Origin: Mobula hypostoma
Taxonomy: Eukaryota
Direction of reading: 5' to 3'
DNA length: 64,000 nucleotides
Assembly: GCF_963921235.1 (NCBI RefSeq)
Contig: NC_086097.1
Coordinates: 38,690,001-38,754,000 of the forward strand
Part shown: positions 13,039 to 25,192 of the stretch, piece after piece
How positions within the stretch are numbered: the stretch's first letter is position 1
Layout of the letters: each line of letters starts with the position of its first letter
Translations under genes and position numbers: made by a program
The notes under the pieces: generated by a model
Told to the model about the DNA's origin: nothing
The model's database searches: none
Seen by the model: the letters and a program-made list of their open reading frames with translations, nothing else

Positions 13039-13924
13039 CATTTTGTGTGTGTGTTGCTCAATATTTCATGTATCTGCAGAATCTTTTGTGCTAGTCATTT
13101 TTAATATTGTTACTTAAAAGATGAGATAGTTATAATGTGCAAGAGAAATAGTCACATATTGCAACTTTTCCAATTTCATACGGAAATACCAAAGATATTA
13201 TTTCAGCAAAATAATCAAAGATTTACATGAACTCAGATGGAACATTAGTGATATCATTATTAATGTGTAAATTATTTTTTACATGAAATAAACAAAATAA
13301 AGCCATAAAATAAAATCAAAATTAAACCATTTGTACAGCTTCATACATAATCTTGTTTTACTTAGTCAGAGTCTTGTTATGAGAAGGTCTATTGTATATA
13401 TTAAGTTAACTAAGGGCTGGCTCTATCAGTATATACTAACATTAAAAAATTCCTTAGTCGTTTTAAACTCCAGAGGGTTATAACTTTTATAGTTATACAA
13501 AATATCATTTGCAATTATATCAAATTTCTAATTTGCTATTGAGAATAAGTCTTGCTAATGAGCTAAAGAGAGCTAGCCTGGGCATGTAGGTTGGATCTGA
13601 AACTATAGTATGTATTCCTTCCAAATGTTTGGTAACAAGATGAAAAAAATTAATGTTGAAACAGCTCAGATCTTGTGCTTATTTCCCCCTTATTATGTAA
13701 AGTAAAACTTGCAGAATGAAGTTGTATTTATAAATACTATGTTTCATTTAATACTACTTTTGAATTGTTTTTGAACTTTGCTCGATTAATTGGATGAACA
13801 TATTTGACAGATATGTGAGTCATTCAGGTTTCAACATGTTATTGGAAAGAAAGTGCTTATTTTTCAATTGATATGGTTCTCTAATAGATTGCTGATTTGA
13901 GCATTCCAGATAAAACAATAAACA

Positions 13925-16380
13925 TAAAGTTATACAGTACAGAATGTAGGCCATTCAGCACAATTTGTCCATGCCAATCAAGATGCCTACCTGAGCTAGT
14001 GCCATTTGGCTGTGTTGGTCCATTTCCCTTTAAACCATTCCTATCAAACAATCTCTCTCAATGTCTTTTAAATGCTGTATTTGTACCTACCTCTACCACT
14101 TCCTCTGGTAACTTATTCCATGTGCACACACTCCTGACTATGAAAAATTTTTCTGTCACATTCCCTTTAAATATTTTAGCTTTCACCTTGCCTAGTCTGG
14201 GAAAGAGACAATAACTCCCCACCTTACATATTTATGTCCCTCATGATTTTGTAAACCTCTACAAGGTCATCCCCCAGCTCTGAGGTAAAATGAAAGCCTT
14301 GCTATACTCCAAGTAGACTGTGTCCATATCCCTGTCCTTGTCAATCCTATTGGTTGCCTCTTCAAGAAACACAATCAAATTCTTTAGACCCCGTTTCTCA
14401 TGCACAAAACAATGTTGATAATCTCTACTCTGTTCCAATCTTTCCAAATGCTGGTAGCCCCCATCTCTCAGAATTCCATCCAGTAACTCTCCACCACTAA
14501 CATGAGACTCAACTGTCTATCGTTCCATGGCTCGTCCTTGCAGCCCTTCTTAAATAACGGCACAACATTAACCACCCTTACCCATGGCTAACCATAATAC
14601 GGATATCTCTGGCAGAGCCCCAGCAATTCTTTTGCTGATTTCCCGCAATGTCCTTGGAAACGTTTGCTCAGAGCCTCATGATTTATCCACCTTTATGTGT
14701 TTTAAGAGGAGACCATGGAAGCTAGGGAATTTTGGGAGGCAAAATAGTCTCGCACATCTTTTGCGATGCAGACTCTATTTATGACTTCACTATTTTGCTC
14801 CCTGAATTCCCTAGCTTTCATGACCTTTTCTATGATAAGTACAGACAAGAGATTTGATAAGTACAGATAAGGCATTGTTCGTTTCCTGCAGCCCCACTCA
14901 TTGCTGACCACATTAATCCTTAAGTGGACCTACTCTCTCCCTTGTTACCCTTTGGCTCCACAGTGGGTAATTAAAACTGCACAAACACATCGCCTACTTA
15001 CCATCAAAGACATATTTACAGAAAAGTGCTGAAAAAAGGCTAGGAGTATTATGAAGGATCCCAACCACCCTGCTCATGGACTTTGTCCCACTCCCATCAG
15101 GGAAGAGGCTACATTGCATTCATGCCAGGACTACTAGACTTAAAACAGTTACTTTCCCCAAGCCATCAGGCTGATCAACACCTCCACCCATTAAACCACC
15201 CCAGCACATCCCCCACCCACCATATCCCCTCACCCACCACCCCTACTTTATCATTTCCTATCAGAGTCACCTTATGTACTGTGCAGATACTCCTGAACGT
15301 AGGGTCACTTTATGTACGTTCAATCAGTCTATCTAGTTAAGCTAATCTTATGTATTTATATCTATAGTGCTTTTATTGTATTCTTTGTGCTCATTGTGTG
15401 TTTTTAATGCTGCATTAGCTCCAGAGCAACAATCATTCTGCTCTTCTTTACACTTGTGTGATGATAAGTGACAATAAACGATCTTCAATCTCGAATATAT
15501 TTATAGGATCTCTTAGGATTCACCTACTCCTTATTTCGTGTCATTTTTTTTGCCCCCTGAGTTCTTTTTTAAGTGTCCTTTTACATCCCTTAAACTCCTC
15601 AAGAGGGTTCACTTGTTCCCAACTGCCTATACGTGATGTATACCTCCTTCCTGTTCCTGACCAGACCTTCTATATCAATATGAAACAAATTCCCTAATCC
15701 TGCCAGTTTTACCCTTCACACTAATAAAAATATGCCATCCCTGAATTCTCCTACCCCACTTTTAAAAGTTCCCACTTGCCAGAAATCCTTTTACCTGCAA
15801 ACAGCCTTTTCAAATCAACCTTTGCAAGTTTCTGTCTAATGCCATCAAAGTTAGCCTTGGCCCAATTTAGGACTTCAATCTGTGGACCAGTTCTATCCTT
15901 TTCTGTCACTATTGTAAAACTAACAGCATTGTGGCCATGGTGCTCCATAGTGCTGGACTTCTGACACCTCAGTGACTTGCTCTGTCTCATTTTCCAGTAC
16001 AGGGTTAAATGTTGCTCCCTCTCTGCTCAGGGCATCTACATATTGCATGAGAAAACTCTCCTGCACAGACTTAACAAATTCCACCCCTTAGCACTCTGTC
16101 AGTCCCAGCAAATATTAGGAAGGCTAAAACCACCTACAATTACAAGCCTATTATTCCTCTGCCATCTGCAATCTCCCTGTATATTTACTCCTCTAATTCC
16201 TTATTGGGGAGTTGGGAGTGAGTGGAAGGGTCTTTAGTAAAATCCCATCAAAGTTATCACTCCCTTCCTCTTTCTAAGTTCCAACCATAAAGCCTCAATG
16301 GACGAACCCCCAGGGACATACTCTTCTTATGCAAGTTAAGGGCACCTGCCTATCTTGGATTGAACACCTGTACAACTGCT
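13925..16380 (-). mobile_element. decayed CR1 LINE, interrupted at about 14960-15490
   Basis: Remnants FLEEATNRIDKDRDMDTVYLEYSKAF and VLNWAKANFDGIRQKLAKVD; CR1 tail near 13930. Confidence 0.75.
14960..15490 (+). mobile_element. Rex1/Babar-type LINE 3' end nested in CR1
   Basis: Reverse-complement homologue of 9925-10380 (catcagggaagaggctac..., tail caataaacgatcttcaatc). Confidence 0.75.
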
Positions 16381-16403
16381 GAAAACGTCCCCTACTATTA
16401 CTT

Positions 16404-16601
16404 ACATCAAAGTTGCTGGTGAACGCAGCAGGCCAAGCAGCATCTATAGGAAGAGGTGCAGTCGACGTTTCAGGCCGAGGGTCTCGGCCTGAAACGTCGA
16501 CTGCACCTCTTCCTATAGATGCTGCTTGGCCTGCTGCGTTCACCAGCAACTTTGATGTATGTTGCTTGAATTTCCAGCATCTGCAGAATTCCTGTTGTTT
16601 G
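16404..16601 (+). mobile_element. Penelope terminal-repeat insertion with inverted 5' part and 14-bp TSD
   Basis: Perfect inverted repeat 16403-16479 / 16483-16559. TSD ccctactattactt at 16390-16403 and 16602-16615. The sequence matches the 3' end of the Penelope element at 23600-23720. Confidence 0.9.
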
Positions 16602-16834
16602 CCCTACTATTACTTTCTTGCTTCCTTACGTAAAGATTAAGATATCTAGACATTAAAGAAAGCAACAGTTTAATTATGCACATTAATAGTTGCTGGATTT
16701 GAATCTCTGTGCTGTACTTCTATATCTTTAGAACAGTTTAATGATCTAATGGATTATTTCTTAACAACTAATTTACTAAACAGCAGCTGTTTATGTCGTT
16801 CAACCCCCAAAAATGTTCTTATTTATTTCAATAG

Positions 16835-16995
16835 GCTATGGGAATATTGCACCCAGTACTCATGGAGGGAAAATATTCTGCATTTTATATGCATTATTTG
16901 GCATTCCACTTTTCGGCTTTCTATTAGCAGGGATTGGGGATCAATTAGGCACAATCTTCGGTAAAAGTATTGCAAGAGTGGAGAAAGTATTCAGA
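16835..16995 (+). CDS. kcnk10: kcnk10 exon 4 (filter 1 GYG, M2)
   Basis: Acceptor tttcaatag|GC, donor AGA|gtaagt; 161 nt. Encodes [54 protein letters not shown]. Confidence 0.98.
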
Positions 16996-18094
16996 GTAAG
17001 TTGACAAATATTTATTATTTTAATGTATTATATTATCCACCATGACTGAAATGAATGTTTGCCTATTAATGTTGATATTAATGCAATTTTATGGATAACG
17101 ATAACAAATTTGTTGCTGTACAAAGACCGTCAACTAAAAGGGCTTAAAATATGTGTTAAAGTCTTGTTCAATGTTCCTTGTGTGCTTTTACAGGCAAAAT
17201 GGATTTTCACTTTGATATTCTGGTTTCCTATGTATTGTATTTCATTAATATATGTTACCAGTTCCTCAGCAATTATTTTGGAACAATTGCCATCCAAAAA
17301 ATTCTAAGCTCACAATCCAATATTTATTGAGCGTTAAGTTACTTTGTCCCAGTGAAGACCTCTCCTGGCCTGACTAACAGATAGAACGCAGAACAACATG
17401 ACACCAGAGCACCTCAGAGCAAAATTAACTCTTACACACTGTATGTGAAGATAGATTTTGATAGAACAATATATGTGAAGGATATTTGGGAAATTATGTG
17501 GGATACATCACATCTGAAGAGAATTCAGAGAGAGTGGAAAGTTAGTGGTCATTCAGCTCTGGGGACAAATTGTGGTGTATAGCGGGTTGTATTCCTTCCC
17601 CTCTCCACGGCTTCCTTCCCTTTCCTTTCCAGTCTGATGAAGATTCTCAGCCCCTCTATAGATGCTGCCTGACTAGCTGAGTTCCTCCAGCATTGTGTGT
17701 GTGTTGCTTTGAGGACAAACTGTCCGAACAGGGTCTGGGAAAACGGTTCAATTGTTTTCTGAAGGATGAGTATTTTTAACCTTCCACAGTAATCCAACTT
17801 CCACCATAACAAAAAGAAAAATATCAAGAGGTGATGTTTGGGAAGAGCTGACTGGCCTTAACATAGTGTCATTGGAGTGAGGTCAACAAAAGGTCGACGC
17901 CGCCCTCACACTACACATAGACTCTGAGCAAGTCATGCAGAATGAGTTGGGTGAATTTATTCAGATTTATGCCTATATGATACGTTAATTCATAAAGGAT
18001 TTAAGAGCATGATAATTAGGCTAATCAGCCCCTTGGGCTTGCCACAATATTCAAAAATTATGGCACATCTTGTACCAAAATATTATTTTCCTGC

Positions 18095-19745
18095 ACCATA
18101 AGACCATGAGACATAGGAGCAGAATTAGGCCATATGGCCTGTTGAGTCTGCTCTGCTATTCAGTCACAGCTGATCCCTTTTTTCCCCTCCTCAACTGCAC
18201 TCCCCTGTCTTCTCCCCATATCCTTTGATGATGTGGCTAATCAGGGGCCCATCAACCTCTGCCTTAAATACTCCCAATGACCTGGCCTCCACAGCTGCCT
18301 GTGGAACAAATTCACCACCCTCTGGCTCAAGAAATTTCTCTGCAGCTCTATTTTAAGTCCTGATGTTGTGCCCTCTTGTCCTAGACATCCCACCATGGGA
18401 AACATCCTTTCCACACCTACTCTGTCTAGGCCTTTCAACATTCGTAAGGGTTCAATGAGATCCCCCCTCATCCTTCTAAATTCCAGCGAGTACAGGCCCA
18501 GAGCCATCAAATATTCATCATATGATAACCCTTTCCTTCGCGGAATCATCCCTTGCAAACCTCCTCTGAACTCCTTCCAATGCCAACACATCTTTTCTTC
18601 GATAAGGAGCCCAAAACTGTTTACAATACTCAAGGTAAGGCCTCACCAGTGCCTTATAAAGCCTCAGCATCACATCCCTGATCTTGTATTCTGGACCTCT
18701 TGAAACATATGCCAAAATTGCATTTGCCTTCCTCACCCCTGACTCAACCTGCAAGTTAACCTTCAGGGTGTTCTGTACAAGGTCTCCCAAGTCCCTTTGC
18801 ATCTCAGACTTTTGGATTTTCTCCACATTTAGAAAATAGTCTGCACATTTATTTCTTCTACCAAAGTGCATAACCATGCTTTCTCCAACATTGTATTTCA
18901 TTTGCTACTTTCTTGCCCATTCTCCTAATCTGTTTAAGTCCTTCTGCAGCTTCCCTGTTTCGTCAACACTACCTGCCCCTCCACCAATCTTCATATCATC
19001 TGCAAACTTGGCAACAAAGCCATCTATTCCATCGTCCAACTCATTTATATACAGCATAAAAAGAAGTGGTCCCAACACTAACCCCTGCAGAACACCACTA
19101 GTCACTGGTAGCCAACTAGATAAGGATCCTTTTATTCCCACTTGCTGCCTCCTACCAATCAGCCAATGCTCCAACCATGCTAGTAACTTTCCTGTAATGC
19201 CATGGGCTCTTAACTTGTTAAGCAGCTTCATGTGTGGCACCTTGTCAAAGGCCTTCTGAAAATCCAAAATATACAACATTCACTGCATCTCCCTTTATCT
19301 ATCCTACTTGTAATATCCTCAAAGAATTTGAACAAGCTTGTCAGGCAAGATTTTTCCTTGAAGAGGCCATGTTGACTTTGTCCTATCTTGACCTGCGTCA
19401 CCAAGTATTCCATAACCTCATTCTTAACTATCGACTCCAACATCTTCCCAACCACTGATGTCAGACTAACTGCTCTATAATTTTCTTTCTGCTGCCTCCC
19501 GCCTTTCTTAAAGAGTGGAGTGATACTTGCAATTTTCCAGTGCTCCAGAACCATGCCAGAGTCCAATGATTCTTGAAAGATCATTACGGAAGCCTCTACA
19601 ATCTTTACCACCACCTCTTTCAGAACCCTCGCGTGCAGTTCACCTGGTCCGAGTTTCGTCAGCTTTTTGAGCACCTTCTCCCTTGCAACAGTAACTGCCC
19701 TCACTTCTCTTCCCTCACACCCTTCAAGACCTGGCACACTGCTAA
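18095..19745 (-). mobile_element. CR1 LINE (HER1-like), RT region and 3' tail
   Basis: DFQKAFDKVPH, GVLQGLVLGPLLF, KFADDMKIGG, LYKALVRPYLEYC; frameshifted; ccataaga tail repeat. Confidence 0.92.
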
Positions 19746-20330
19746 AATGGATTGTTGTCTAGTCAATCTATATAATGATCTTGAAATCCATTTGTATCCA
19801 TTCCATTTGTATATGTGGACCAAAACTGACTCTTCACCCTCCTCCTTTCAGGAGACTTTGCAGCTGTCTTAGTGACATCCCTGCCTATGGCACCATGAAG
19901 GCAACATGCCATTGTAGGGTTCACGTTGTCAACTACAGATTCACCTGTCTGTCCTCCTAACTATTGGATCTTTGATCAGCATTGCTCTCCTGTTCTTCCT
20001 TCTCACGGCCCTGGTTGCAATCTCTCGAGGAACCATCAGTACCTAAAATGGTCAGTGAATGTGATGGCCTCAGGAAAATCCTTGACTATCTTCTTACTCA
20101 TCCTGGTCTGCCTGGAGGTCATTCATTTTCTGTCCATGTAGTCTTCAACTTCAGTGCCACTGTACTAACTACAAAATCCCCCACCTTGCAGATATGCCAC
20201 AGCGACTTTAGACGCAATTCCAGCTCTGATGGCTGGAATTTCGCCATTCCAGAATTCAAGCTGTTGCAGGTTGAGATGAGGTTCTCTAGTGCGCAGGAAG
20301 TGTCCACATGACACTTGTGGTTTGTCTCAA

Positions 20331-20405
20331 TTTTAGATTAGATTAGATTAGATTCAACTTTATTGTCATTGTGCCGAGTACAGATACAAAGCCAATGAAA
20401 CGCAA
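20331..20405 (-). mobile_element. tail-only LINE insertion with (TTAGA)n
   Basis: (ttaga)4 followed by caactttattgtcattgtgccgagtacagatacaaagccaatgaaa, near-identical to the tail at 54088-54142. Confidence 0.7.
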
Positions 20406-20537
20406 TATCTCTTCAGAAATAACCTTATACGGTAGAAATTTATCAGAAAATACTCAACAATTTTGCATCATTCACCTGTCTTCAGCCGACATCACATGGT
20501 TTTATATTTATATTTATTGCTTCTATATTTATATTTA

Positions 20538-20570
20538 GTGTGTGTGTGTGTGTGTGTGTTTGTGTGTGTG
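20538..20570. repeat. (TG)n microsatellite inside a LINE tail fragment
   Basis: Directly visible run. Confidence 0.9.
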
Positions 20571-21839
20571 TTTTTTTACTGTGCTCTTTATGCCTGTTGT
20601 GGTTTTTATGCTGCATTGGATTCAGGGTGACAATCATTTCGTTCTCCTTTACACTCACGTACTGAAGAATGCCAATTAAAAATCTTGAATCTGTGACGTC
20701 ACAATTTCAGGCCAGTTGCTCCCATTCACCCCACCCAACATTGACCTACCTCACTGATCTGCCCTTACCCACTGAAGCCCACACGCTGAGAATTTAGGGG
20801 ATGTCTGGCCTCAGACCATACCATTTCCTTATGCAACATCCAACTGAAATGCAATTTATTAACTGGTACTGCTCTTGAGTTTAGTACAAGGGGTGCTTTG
20901 CCTTTTAATTTTCCCTCGAGACTGCAAGATAATATTTTGCTTTTTTTCCCCACCCCTTACACTGATAGTAGGGCTAAAGATAGGGATGGACCCTGTTATT
21001 CCTTGGCAAATGCTTTGATATGTCAATGTGCAACATGCTACACTACCATCCTATCCTTAAGGGAGAAACATCAGATCAGTTTGGACGTCAGATGACTCTT
21101 CTACCCAATTCTACCAAATTTAGTATTAAGCACAATAAAATCGTAACTTAACTACATCAAAAGTGTTGATGGTATTTTAAAACCCAAAATGCGTTCTGGC
21201 TCATCCCAAAATGAATCCAAAACTCAGACTAAAATTGAATTTTGAATGTGTATTACACTGCTGCCTGGACCTCAGATAGGTTCTTTCAATTTGCATAGAC
21301 ATTTTCTTCTTGGAGAAAAGTGCAATTCCCAGTGGAATTGCATTAAAAAATTCACAGAAGTTGTTAACGTGCTGATCTGTCTTAGAGCTTGGCCAGGAGA
21401 TCAGGAAAATCTAGGGGAAACTCTCTTTGTTCAAAGTGGGCACTTCTATCTATTGGTTATTTAGCAGGTACTGACTTAATTGTTCAGAAAATAATACTCA
21501 AGAAACTATTTTTAAAATAATGCTAAATTTTGTACTTATGAGATGAAGGATAATGGTGCTGGCAACCAGCCATAAGAAACATGTCCAACAACACTATTTT
21601 CTAGAGTAATCATTTGTGATCTCCGTTTTGCCAAATTGCTGTCAATAGAACTGAAGTCATATATACTTTATACATTGCATATTAGTGTAAAATCAACCAG
21701 ATATTTATAGGGCATAAGGATTATAGTATCTAAAAAGCCCCATCAAAAATAAGTCTGTAGCCCTCCTCACTAATGCAAGAGCAACCTCCTCTGTTTTATC
21801 GGCAGTGGTGGCCTATAGTTAAATGGAAAAAAGACTATT

Positions 21840-23720
21840 TTCTTTTCAATGATTTTAAGTTCCGTGGCCCCCACCACTTTATTTTCACCATGGATGTTCA
21901 GTCCCTATATACCTCCATCCCCCACCAGGGAGGTCTCAAAGCTCTCCACTTCTTTTTGGATTCCAGACCCAACCAGCTCCCCTCTACCACCATTCCCCTC
22001 AGTCTAGCGGAATTAGTCCTTACTCTTAACAATTTCTCCTTTGGCTCCTCCCACTTCCTCCAAACTAAAAGTGTAGCCATGGGCACCCATATGGGTCCCA
22101 GCTATGCCTGCCTTTTCGTTGGTTTTGTGGAACAATCCATGTTCTAAGCCTGTACTGGTATCTGTCCCCCTCTTTTCCTTCACTACATCAACAACTGCAT
22201 TAGCGCTGCTTCCTGCACGCGTGCTGAGCTCGTCGACTTCATTAACTTTGCCTCCAACTTTCACCCTGCCCTCAAGTTTACCTGGTCCATTTCTGACACC
22301 TCCCTCCCCTTTCTTGATCTTTCTGTCTCTATCTCTGGAGACAGCTTATCTACTGATGTCTACTATAAGCCGACAGACTCTCACAGATATCTGAACTATT
22401 CCTCTTCCCACCCTGTCTCTTGCAAAATTGCCATCCCCTTCTCGCAATTCCTCCGTCTCCACCGCATCTGCTCTCAGGATGAGGCTTTTCATTCCAGGAC
22501 GAAGACAATGTCTTCCTTTTTTAAAGAAAGAGGCTTCCCTTCCTCCACCATCAACTCTGCTCTCAAACGCATCTCTCCCATTTCATCCACATCTACTCTC
22601 ACCCCATCCTCCCGCCACCCCACTAGGGAAAGGGTTCCCCTTGTCCTTACCTACCACCCCACCAACCTCCAGGTCCAACATATAATTCTCCGTAACTTCT
22701 GCCACCTCCAACGGGATCCCACCGCCAAACACATCTTTCCCTCCCCCCCCCCGCTTTCCGCAGGGATCGCTCCCTACGCGACTCCCTTGTCCATTCATCC
22801 CCCCCCATTCCTCCCCACTGATCTCCCTCCTGGCACTTATCCTTGTAAGCGGAACAAGTGCTACACATGCCTTACACTTCCTCCCTTACCACCATTCAGG
22901 GCCCCAAACAGTCCTTCCAGGTGAGGCAACACTTCACTTGTGCATCGGCTGGGGTGATATACTGCGTCCGGTGCTCCCGATGTGGCCTTCTATATATTGA
23001 CGAGACCTGATGCAGACTGGGAGATCGTTTCGCTGAACACCTTCGCTCTGTCCGCTAGAGAAAGCAAGATCTCCCAGTGGCCACACATTTTAATTCCACA
23101 TTCCATTCCCATTCTGACATGTCTATCCACGGCCTCCTCTACTGTCAAGATGAAGCCACATTCAGGTTGGAGGAACAACACCTTATATTCCGTCTGGGTA
23201 GCCTCCAACCTGATGGCATGAATATTGACTTCTCTAACTTCCGTTATGACCCTCCTCCCCTTCACACCCCATCCCTTATTTATTTAATATATTTTTAATA
23301 TATATTTTTTATTTTTTCCCCCTTTTTTTCTCTCTCCCTTTTTTTCTCCCTCTGTCCCTCTCACTATAACTCCTTGCCTGCTCTCCACCCTCCGGGCTCC
23401 CATCCCCACTTCTCTTTCTCCCCAGGCTTCCTGTCCCATGATCCTCTCCCTTCTCCAGCCTGGTATCTCTTTTGCCAATCAACTGTCCAGCTCTTGGCTC
23501 CATCCTTCCCCTCCTGTCTTCTCCTAGCATTTCGGATCTCTCTGTCCCCCTCCCACTTTTAAATCTCTTACTATCTCTTCTTTCAGTTAGTCCTGACGAA
23601 GAGTCCCGGCCCGAAACGTCAACTGTACCTCTTCCTACAGATGCTGCCTGGCCTGCTGTGTTCACCAGCATTTTTTGTGTGTGCTGCTTGAATTTCCATC
23701 ATCTGCAGATTTCCTCATTT
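21840..23720 (+). mobile_element. Penelope-like retroelement (RT + GIY-YIG endonuclease), 5'-truncated, inactivated
   Basis: RT motifs TMDVQSLYTSIPH, VAMGTHMGPSYACLF, YYKPTDSH and RGFP. Cys linker CKRNKCYTC, then GVIYCVRCSRCGLLYIDET and RLEEQHLIFRLGSLQPDGMNIDF. In-frame stops and frameshifts. Pyrimidine-rich 3' region and terminal repeat. Confidence 0.92.
23589..23624 (+). ncRNA. minimal type I hammerhead ribozyme motif in Penelope terminal repeat
   Basis: agtc-CTGACGA-a-gagtcccggccc-GAAA-CGTC-aact. Intact core boxes CUGANGA, GAAA and UC; stem III reduced to the palindrome ACGU; one mismatch each in stems I and II. Confidence 0.7.
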
Positions 23721-24352
23721 CTACAATTTTCTTTTGATGGCTTAATGGAGTTCCTAGAAAGGACTCCCACTCTACCCCATTAGGTACACTTAACTCCAAC
23801 CACACCACCTCCCAAAATGAAATCTCATAGCTGAATTGCATATTCCTCCTTTTGTCCTTTATTTGTTCTCAATTTGTACTACTTGCTGCCTATATTTACC
23901 TGGTTTATCCCAGCTGTCCTTCGTGAGTAAAGGTACCGCATTTGTTGTCTTCCAGTGCCTCACCTCTGGCCAGAAAATAATTAAAATCACCATCAGGGCC
24001 CCTAGCAATCCCCTCCCTTGCTTTCCATGGCAACTGGGATACACCTCATCTTATCTGATTTCATCTCATTAATATGACAGTGGGTACTACTGCACTTTGG
24101 GCATCATTGCACAATATGTTTGAATACTTCCAAATGGGCACACTCAATGGAAGAACGTCATTCCCCACTGGGGACAATATTTCAGTTGAAAAGAATGGCA
24201 AGTTAACTTCTGAAACAATTTCAAAGCTTGTAGCTAACCAGTATTCAGATAGTTTTTGTCTAACACTTAAAATTCTGCAATATTTAGCACTATTTCATTT
24301 AATCCCATCTATTTTTAATGATAACTGAGCTCAAATAATGGCTACAATCTAT

Positions 24353-24657
24353 TGCAACACACACAAAATGCTGGAGGAACTCAGCTGGTCAGGCAGCATC
24401 TATGGAAATGAAAAAAACAGTCAACATTTTGGGCCAAGGTCCTTCTTCAGGACTGGAAAGGAAGGGGGAAGATGCCAAAATAAAGTTTATTTTATTTTCT
24501 TCTGGCATCTTTTATTCTAGCATCTTCTCCCTTTTCAATCCTGAAGACGAATCTTCGACTGTTTATTCATTTCCATAGATGCTGTCTGACTTGCTGAGTT
24601 CCTCCAGCATTTTGCGTGTGTTGCTTTGGATTTCCAGCATCTGCAGAATTTCTCGTG
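24353..24657. mobile_element. inverted pair of Penelope terminal repeats (imperfect foldback)
   Basis: gcaacacacacaaaatgctggaggaactcag...ctgagttcctccagcattttgcgtgtgttgc. Degenerate hammerhead on the minus strand at 24418-24455. Confidence 0.8.
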
Positions 24658-24724
24658 CCCAAAATCTATTTGTACATTTCTTGAAATGTTCTATTTTTTC
24701 ACAAGGTATTTTGTGACCCTAATA

Positions 24725-24895
24725 GTGAGGGAGTTAGATATGGCCCTTGTGGCTAAAGGGATCAGGGGGTATGGAGGGAAGGCTGGTACAGGGTTCTGAG
24801 TTGAATGATCAGCCATGATCATACTGAATGGAGGTGCAGGCTCGAAGGGCCGAATGGCCTACTCCTGCACCTATTTTCTATGTTTCTATATTTCT
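24725..24895 (+). mobile_element. CR1 3' tail fragment
   Basis: gaagggccgaatggcctactcctgcacctattttctatgtttctat, the shark/ray CR1-type tail. Confidence 0.8.
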
Positions 24896-25005
24896 ATTCA
24901 TTATATTTATTTCCATGTTATTTCAGTATCTAGCAGTTTGCATTAATTCAATTTATGCCATCAGCTTTAAAAGTAAAACTTAATTATTACTTCTTTTGTT
25001 TTCAG

Positions 25006-25192
25006 AAAAAGCAAGTGAGTCAAACTAAAATACGAGTCATCTCCACAATCCTTTTCATTTTAGCGGGTTGCCTTGTTTTTGTGACTATCCCAGCAATTAT
25101 TTTTAAACACATCGAAGGATGGACAACACTGGACTCCATCTATTTTGTTGTTATCACCTTGACAACAGTAGGATTTGGTGACTATGTAGCAG
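25006..25192 (+). CDS. kcnk10: kcnk10 exon 5 (M3, pore helix 2, GFG filter)
   Basis: Acceptor ttttgttttcag|AAA, donor GCAG|gtaagc; 187 nt. Encodes [62 protein letters not shown](G). Confidence 0.98.

Noticed and set aside
16295..16640. Mirror ORFs MLVNAAGQAASIGRG on both strands
   Set aside because: A by-product of the palindrome, not genes.
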